The notes under the pieces were generated by a model. It was not told where the DNA came from and did not search any database. It saw only the letters and a list, made by a program, of their open reading frames with translations. The translations under genes and the position numbers were made by a program. DNA of 64,000 nt from Candidatus Bathyarchaeota archaeon (lineage in GTDB: Archaea > Thermoproteota > Bathyarchaeia > 40CM-2-53-6), in NCBI GenBank assembly GCA_963726255.1, contig CAVSBL010000002.1, forward strand, positions 1,792,001 through 1,856,000, written 5' to 3'. Of the stretch, positions 58,648 to 64,000 are shown in pieces. Position 1 is the first letter of the stretch, and every line of letters starts with the position of its first letter.

Positions 58648-58935
58648 ATGGCACATATGATGCTTCAGGCCGCAGCCATATTCTCCCTAGCGAACATTCT
58701 GCTCCTCATCGGTCTGATTATCGTATACGGTAGTAGTTTCAGGAAAATCAAGGCCGCGTTTACTGCGGGGTTGTTGTTTTTCGCTGGGGTTTTTCTCTTG
58801 CAGAACTTGGTTGCCTTCTACTCGTACGTTGCTATGTTCATGTACTATGCTTCGGCCGTGGAGATGTTTGTGATGGTGATTACGGTTGCGCAGACGGCTG
58901 GGTTGGCGGTGCTCCTCTGGATGAGCCTCCGTTAG
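58648..58935 (+). CDS. Small three-TM membrane protein
   Basis: Hydrophobic 95-aa ORF after an AGGAGG SD, between the regulator and msrB. Confidence 0.75.
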   Translation: MAHMMLQAAAIFSLANILLLIGLIIVYGSSFRKIKAAFTAGLLFFAGVFLLQNLVAFYSYVAMFMYYASAVEMFVMVITVAQTAGLAVLLWMSLR

Positions 58936-58959
58936 CGAGCGTGGAGGGATGGTTGAGAG

Positions 58960-59358
58960 ATGGTAGAGAAAGTTGTGAAGAGTGAGGAGGAATGGAAGAG
59001 CCAACTTACCCCGGAACAGTTTCACGTCGCCCGCAAGAAGGGAACCGAGCGAGCCTTCACGGGCGCGTACTGGGATAATCACGAGAAGGGGGTCTACCAG
59101 TGTGTTTGCTGCGGTAGCGACCTGTTCAGTTCGGAGACGAAGTTTGATTCGAGAACCGGGTGGCCCAGCTTCGCTGCCCCCATCGACGAGAGGAACATCC
59201 AAGCGGAAACCGACCGCAGCTTCTTCATGAAGCGCACCGAAGTCGTATGCAACCGGTGCGACGCCCACTTAGGCCACGTCTTCGACGACGGCCCCGCACC
59301 TACCGGCCTCCGCTACTGCATCAACTCTGTTTCCTTGAAATTCTCGAAAGCGAAATGA
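58960..59358 (+). CDS. msrB: Peptide-methionine (R)-S-oxide reductase
   Basis: 'GTERAFTG', CxxC pairs, 'GWPSF', '[19 protein letters not shown]'. Confidence 0.97.
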   Translation: MVEKVVKSEEEWKSQLTPEQFHVARKKGTERAFTGAYWDNHEKGVYQCVCCGSDLFSSETKFDSRTGWPSFAAPIDERNIQAETDRSFFMKRTEVVCNRCDAHLGHVFDDGPAPTGLRYCINSVSLKFSKAK

Positions 59359-59399
59359 AACCTTAGCCAGGGCGGAAGGCGAGTTTTCGCTCAGGGCAA

Positions 59400-61040
59400 T
59401 TATGCGACCGTGACCTGGGAGGTGGAGTATCCTGAGGCGCCGTTTGGGAAGGGCTGGACAGCTGCGGGGTCTTGGAGTTGGCCTTTCCCGTCGGTTGCCC
59501 TGACGATTATGTTGGCGGTTCCGGTGGTTGTTGGCGTCCACTGGTAAGCCCAGAGAACCCAGGAGTAAGGCGAGCCCGGCGTCTTCAGCTTTGCCTCGTT
59601 CCAAGTGTTGCCGCCATCCACGCTAACCTCAACCTTGCCTATGCCTCGGTCGCCGGCAAACGCAACCCCGGCTATGGGTGTTGGTCCATGAACCTGTGCG
59701 TTGGGTGTGGGGTAGTAGATGATGGATGTTGTCTTGATGCGGGCATCATTCGACCACCCGCGCTCCTGCCAGTACCCTAGGTACACTTGATCCGAAACCT
59801 GAATCGAAGTTATCCACTTCGCATTCATCATCCCATAAATCCCCGGCACAATCGCACGCAACGGGAACCCGTGCTCGGTAGGAAGCATGACGTCATTCAT
59901 CTTGTACGCTAGAAGGGCGCCGGGCTCTAAGGCACGTTCGATTGGTATGCCAACCGTGTACCCGTCCGCGCACCGGAAAACAACGTAATTAGAATTGGAT
60001 TGCAAACCAGCTTGGTTTAGCAGCGTGGCTAGGGGTACGCCGGTCCACTTGGCGTTGCTGATGAGCCCGCCGGGCGGGGTTATGGTGTTGCTGACGCATT
60101 CAAGCGTCGCGTACTCGTCGGCCGTGGGCAATTGCAGCAGGGAATTCTTGTCAAGCGTTACTGGGTTCTTCACTTTCCCGCCAACATCCAACGACCATTT
60201 ATCGAAGTCCAGCTGCGGGGGAATCGGGTTTATGTCCACACGGTAGAAGACGCGGTTGTCGGTGACTTCTGAGGCGACTAGGTCGCTGATTCTTGGGTCA
60301 CTGAAAACATCCCCCACGCCACTAGTTACGGTGCTCGTAGCCGCTGTTGTCGTTTGCCCTGCGCTGGGGTTGATTGGGACCGCCGTCCCGCTTGTAACGA
60401 CTGGTTGGTTCTCGAAAATGGAAAGTCCAACCCTAGCCGCAACCCCCGCCAACACCAAGACAGCCGCAGCGATCACAGCCTTCTTCAAAATCCCACGCCG
60501 CGCCGAAGCCACCACAGCCATAGGTGCCTGCTTCGCAGCGGGAACGGGCGGGGCAATTGTGGTGTAATTGATGAGTGTCTTAGCGAAGATCAAGTTGACT
60601 GCGACAGCGAGAACGCCAGCGAGAACCCAGCCGTATAGGGATGATATCGCTGGGAACGCGTTAGCTAGGTCTAGTTGAAGGCCGAGGCTGATTGCGGTTG
60701 GCACCCCAACGCCAAGAAGCGTTGCTTGCTTGGCTTTACCCTGCAAATTACCTTTGAACAGGAAGGCTAGGCCTACAGCGATCAACCCGTACATTACAGC
60801 GTACATGGCCGAGGAGGCTACGAAGGCCGAATACTTGGCGTACTCACGAAACGTATCAACCATAAACGATTGAATGGACCCTGGCACCGGAGCAATTAGC
60901 ACTTGAAATATGGCTAGGGGTGGAAACGGGAACATAAGAAGTTCAGTACCCACGTAAAGTATCAACGTGGCAAGAATGCCGCCGAACAGGCCACCAATAA
61001 AGAACCTCTTCAACCTCAATTTCTTAAACGAGTTGCTCAA
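59400..61040 (-). CDS. Sulfite oxidase-family molybdopterin oxidoreductase with N-terminal membrane domain
   Basis: Mo-ligand 'TLECVSN', 'NAKWTGVPL', 'HGFPLR..VPG.YG...AKW', 'GYWQERGW', dimerisation domain 'VEVSVDGG.TW'. Confidence 0.9.
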   Translation of the reverse strand: MSNSFKKLRLKRFFIGGLFGGILATLILYVGTELLMFPFPPLAIFQVLIAPVPGSIQSFMVDTFREYAKYSAFVASSAMYAVMYGLIAVGLAFLFKGNLQGKAKQATLLGVGVPTAISLGLQLDLANAFPAISSLYGWVLAGVLAVAVNLIFAKTLINYTTIAPPVPAAKQAPMAVVASARRGILKKAVIAAAVLVLAGVAARVGLSIFENQPVVTSGTAVPINPSAGQTTTAATSTVTSGVGDVFSDPRISDLVASEVTDNRVFYRVDINPIPPQLDFDKWSLDVGGKVKNPVTLDKNSLLQLPTADEYATLECVSNTITPPGGLISNAKWTGVPLATLLNQAGLQSNSNYVVFRCADGYTVGIPIERALEPGALLAYKMNDVMLPTEHGFPLRAIVPGIYGMMNAKWITSIQVSDQVYLGYWQERGWSNDARIKTTSIIYYPTPNAQVHGPTPIAGVAFAGDRGIGKVEVSVDGGNTWNEAKLKTPGSPYSWVLWAYQWTPTTTGTANIIVRATDGKGQLQDPAAVQPFPNGASGYSTSQVTVA

Positions 61041-61215
61041 TCGCTACCATCCTACGCATGTCTGCGAGCCTTCGCGCTGAATCATCCCTAATCAACTTAT
61101 GCCAGATTCCCACCAGAATAGATTCAAGTTTTCGCTTACGGCAGCGTAATTCAAAGGCCCAGAAAGTTTCGTTTATGGGAAAGCATATCTTCGTTCACGT
61201 TTCGATTATGCGGGC

Positions 61216-62094
61216 GTGGTTGTTATGGAAGTGAAGCGTGTAGGCGTGTTAGGGGCCGGCCTCATGGGGCACGGTATCGCACAGGTTTGTGCACAGACTG
61301 GTAAATTCGACGTGACGATGCGGGATATTGAGCAACGTTTTGTCGACAATGGAATGAAGATGATCCGGGACAGCCTCCAACGTTTCGTTAAGAAGGGAAC
61401 CATGAGTGAGAGTGAATCCAAAGAAATCTTGAGTCGAATTCACCCAACCCTCGACTTGAAGGAGGCGGTACAGAATGCGGACTTGGTCATTGAGGCTGTG
61501 ACAGAGAATCCGCCCCTGAAGAAACAGGTCCTCGCGGAAGCCGACAAGTATGCGCCCGCTCACGCAATAATCGCTTCAAATACGTCTTCAATCAGCATCA
61601 CTGAGATTGGGGCCGCGACGAAGAGGCCTGAGAAGGTCTGCGGGATGCATTTCTTCAACCCGCCCCAGCTGATGAGGCTCATTGAAATCGTGCGCGGTTT
61701 GAAGACATCAGACGAGACAGTGGAGGCTATCAAACAAGTAACCGCGAAGCTGGGTAAGGAACCTGTTGTTGTCAAGAAAGACACGCCGGGTTTCATCGTG
61801 AACCGCATTCTCGTTCCAGCTCTGAACGAGGCTGCATTCCTAGTGGCCGAAGGTGTAGCTGAACCGGAGGACATTGACAAGGCATGCGTACTCGGCCTCA
61901 ACTGGCCTATGGGGCCGTTGAAGCTGCTCGACTACGTTGGCATCGATACCACCCTCTTCATTGCAGATGTGATGGTAAACGAAACTGGCGACCCAAAGTT
62001 CCGTCCCAGTAGTCTCCTGAAGCAGATGGTGCGTGCGAACCTCCTCGGTAGGAAGTCCGGGCGAGGGTTCTACGACTGGACGGAGAAGAAATAG
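61216..62094 (+). CDS. hbd: 3-hydroxyacyl-CoA (3-hydroxybutyryl-CoA) dehydrogenase
   Basis: GAGLMGHGIAQ, 'IEAV.E....K', 'ASNTSS', 'GMHFFNP', 'PGFIVNR', 'PMGPL.L.D..G.D', 'GRKSGRGFY'. Confidence 0.92.
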   Translation: MVVMEVKRVGVLGAGLMGHGIAQVCAQTGKFDVTMRDIEQRFVDNGMKMIRDSLQRFVKKGTMSESESKEILSRIHPTLDLKEAVQNADLVIEAVTENPPLKKQVLAEADKYAPAHAIIASNTSSISITEIGAATKRPEKVCGMHFFNPPQLMRLIEIVRGLKTSDETVEAIKQVTAKLGKEPVVVKKDTPGFIVNRILVPALNEAAFLVAEGVAEPEDIDKACVLGLNWPMGPLKLLDYVGIDTTLFIADVMVNETGDPKFRPSSLLKQMVRANLLGRKSGRGFYDWTEKK

Positions 62095-62106
62095 AGAATT
62101 CAGGCC

Positions 62107-62802
62107 TCAGAACTGAGGCTTGAAATCGTCCGTCATCGTGCCCAGTCCACCCAACCCCACGGAGAATCCTTTCGCACCCTTGAATTGGGTGTGATCCATG
62201 GCAATAGCGTAGGCTACGGCCACGTATGGGTCGAGTTCTTGGCTTAGAATTTCGATGCCATATGAATCTCGGACGCTGACCCATTTCTTGTGGATTTGCG
62301 CTATCTCGGTTCCCGAGGGGGATTGAATTGAGAAGTTATGTTCAGTTATGTTCCCCTTGATTCGAGCAATCTCCGTCCCCGATGCATCTTCAAGCCACCA
62401 CTCTGATCCTATCAGTTTGAGGATTTTCTTCTTCACTACTCCGACGAGACTTTGGGCGTCATAAATCTCAAACGTCGGCCTTACAGTGAGCACCTTCCCA
62501 CGCATCTCGCCCAGCCTACTGCCGTCAGGGGTTTCAAAGTAGAATTGTGGTCCCCAGCTCACAATTTTCTTCTTCACATAAGCGAGAAGGTTACCGCTTC
62601 TATCCTTGATGCCAAACGTATCTCGTAGTGCCATAATCTTCTGTTCGATTATGTACTCGTTACCAGCAAAAACTGAGCTAGACGCGGCCACTGCAGGCGC
62701 GGGTGCTTTCAGGCTATCCATTTTCGTGCCACAGCTGGGACAGAATTTCACGTTATCCGGCACAGTACTACCGCATGATGGACACTGCAAACCTCTAACC
62801 AC
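62107..62802 (-). CDS. Zinc-ribbon plus LURP-one/Tubby-C-like domain protein
   Basis: CPSCG...FCPSCG N-terminus; 'EQKI...RDTF.I.D', 'IAQIHKKW.SVRDSYGIEI'. Confidence 0.78.
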   Translation of the reverse strand: MVRGLQCPSCGSTVPDNVKFCPSCGTKMDSLKAPAPAVAASSSVFAGNEYIIEQKIMALRDTFGIKDRSGNLLAYVKKKIVSWGPQFYFETPDGSRLGEMRGKVLTVRPTFEIYDAQSLVGVVKKKILKLIGSEWWLEDASGTEIARIKGNITEHNFSIQSPSGTEIAQIHKKWVSVRDSYGIEILSQELDPYVAVAYAIAMDHTQFKGAKGFSVGLGGLGTMTDDFKPQF

Positions 62803-63077
62803 TCACACGCGTGACCACTGGTTTGGCCGTTATATGGCTGCCGAGTTGAGTAGTTCCATGCTGAGCTTATATTTTCTAAATCCTAGATTCTGAAGAAAGC
62901 TGGGATAAGTGGATGCCTAAGAAACCGCGTAGAAAGCAACGAGCAATCTTTCTACAACAACCATGATTGAAACTAACCATCAAAGGCCGATATAACGACC
63001 TTGTTTGAGCGCAAGCACTGAAGCTGGTGAAAGACCAAATAGGCAAGGGATATTGCTTTGCCACAAATGAGCGACAA

Positions 63078-64000
63078 TTGAGCGGCCCCCCTGAAGTCTT
63101 CGAAGAGAAGTGGCATGCTCTCGAGCCAGCGGCGGCTCTGGAAGCCCTGGGTTCGAATCCAAAGCAGGGACTCACGGGCAGTGAGGCGAAGTCTCGCATT
63201 ACGCTCTACGGCTTGAATGAGCTTGCGGAAGCGAAGAGAGCATCTTCGTGGAAGCTGCTTCTAGCTCAATTTAAGGAAACGCTCATCCTAATCCTGATTG
63301 CTGCAGCCATAATTTCTATCGCGGTAGGAGAGACCTTAGATTCAGCGGTAATCCTAGCAATTGTTCTTGCCTCAGCCGGGTTGGGTTTCTATCAGGAGTA
63401 CAGGGCGGAACAGTCCCTCGCACTTCTAAAGAAGTTGGCTGCGCCGGCAGCTACGATTGTGAGGGATGGGCAGACAATTGTTGTTCCTGCGAGGGAGCTC
63501 GTTCCTGGCGACCTCATTCTTCTTGACCCAGGCGATAAGGTTCCAGCCGATGCGAGAATAATCGAGGCAATGAATTTGCAGGTTGACGAAGCGGTACTCA
63601 CCGGCGAATCAGCGCCTGCCAGTAAATCGACGAAAGCCCTTGAGGCTGTCGCTCCCTTGCCTGACCGCAACAACATCGCGTTCTCGGGAACTATCGTGAC
63701 CTATGGCCGCGGAAAGGCAGTTGTCTTCGCTACAGGTATGGGAACTGAATTTGGAAAGATAGCTCGCTTAATCGAAACCGACGAGCAGGAAGAGACGCCG
63801 TTAGAGAAGCGGATGGACGAGCTTGGCAAGTGGATGGTCAAGGTACTTCTCGTTACCGTTGTCCTAGTCTCACTGCTCGGTGTACTTCACGGCCGCGCGC
63901 TTCTGGACATGTTTCTGTGGGGCGTAAGCTTAGCCGTTGCAGCCGTCCCAGAAGCGCTTCCTGCCGTTGTAACCGGCGCCTTAGCGATAGGAGTCTATCG
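63078..64000 (+). CDS. P-type cation-transporting ATPase (P2A/Ca2+-type), runs off the window
   Basis: Hand translation from TTG 63078: 'GLTGSEA..R...YGLNEL', 'QEYRAEQSL', 'LVPGD', 'GDKVPADAR', 'LTGES', 'TGMGTEFGKI', 'AVAAVPEALP'. Confidence 0.93.
   Translation, partial: MSGPPEVFEEKWHALEPAAALEALGSNPKQGLTGSEAKSRITLYGLNELAEAKRASSWKLLLAQFKETLILILIAAAIISIAVGETLDSAVILAIVLASAGLGFYQEYRAEQSLALLKKLAAPAATIVRDGQTIVVPARELVPGDLILLDPGDKVPADARIIEAMNLQVDEAVLTGESAPASKSTKALEAVAPLPDRNNIAFSGTIVTYGRGKAVVFATGMGTEFGKIARLIETDEQEETPLEKRMDELGKWMVKVLLVTVVLVSLLGVLHGRALLDMFLWGVSLAVAAVPEALPAVVTGALAIGVY

Noticed and set aside
63148-63165. tRNA gene suggested by GGTTCGAATCC
   Set aside because: Lies in frame within the P-type ATPase (GSNP); no cloverleaf or CCA end.

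Overview
Archaeal chromosomal window. The gene set (PolD large subunit, Elf1, Cdc6/Orc1, PAC2, Sec61beta, ZPR1, cofC/cofD) points to a TACK archaeon, most plausibly Bathyarchaeia (inference). Core region (2.2-17.3 kb): cdc6 with an adjacent ORB-containing replication origin, a membrane-anchored coiled-coil/HTH gene next to a phased TGAYG/CATCA motif array, elf1, polC (DP2) carrying a 470-aa LAGLIDADG intein, an ECF S-component-cofD-cofC cluster, and glyA. glyA is interrupted by a 30-nt hairpin insert that forms a bulge-helix-bulge motif; cleavage at the canonical positions restores the conserved RYAEGW sequence exactly, making it a candidate mRNA intron. A 22-kb peptide/amino-acid catabolism island (22.9-44.9 kb) is bounded by a perfect 40-bp direct repeat of the 3' end of an SDR gene. 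About 12 imperfect palindromes (GTGTGTG-CGCACCA-N6-CCACACAC) occur only in accessory intergenic DNA. At 45.8-50.5 kb they separate unrelated small genes like a cassette array, and three copies are hybrids with a tRNA-3'-end-like sequence. The rest holds a divergent gcvPA/gcvPB pair, msrB with a molybdopterin oxidoreductase, and a partial P-type ATPase. Three small frameshifts look like sequencing indels. No rRNA, intact tRNA, CRISPR array, transposase or integrase was found. All product calls rest on motif recognition, not database searches.
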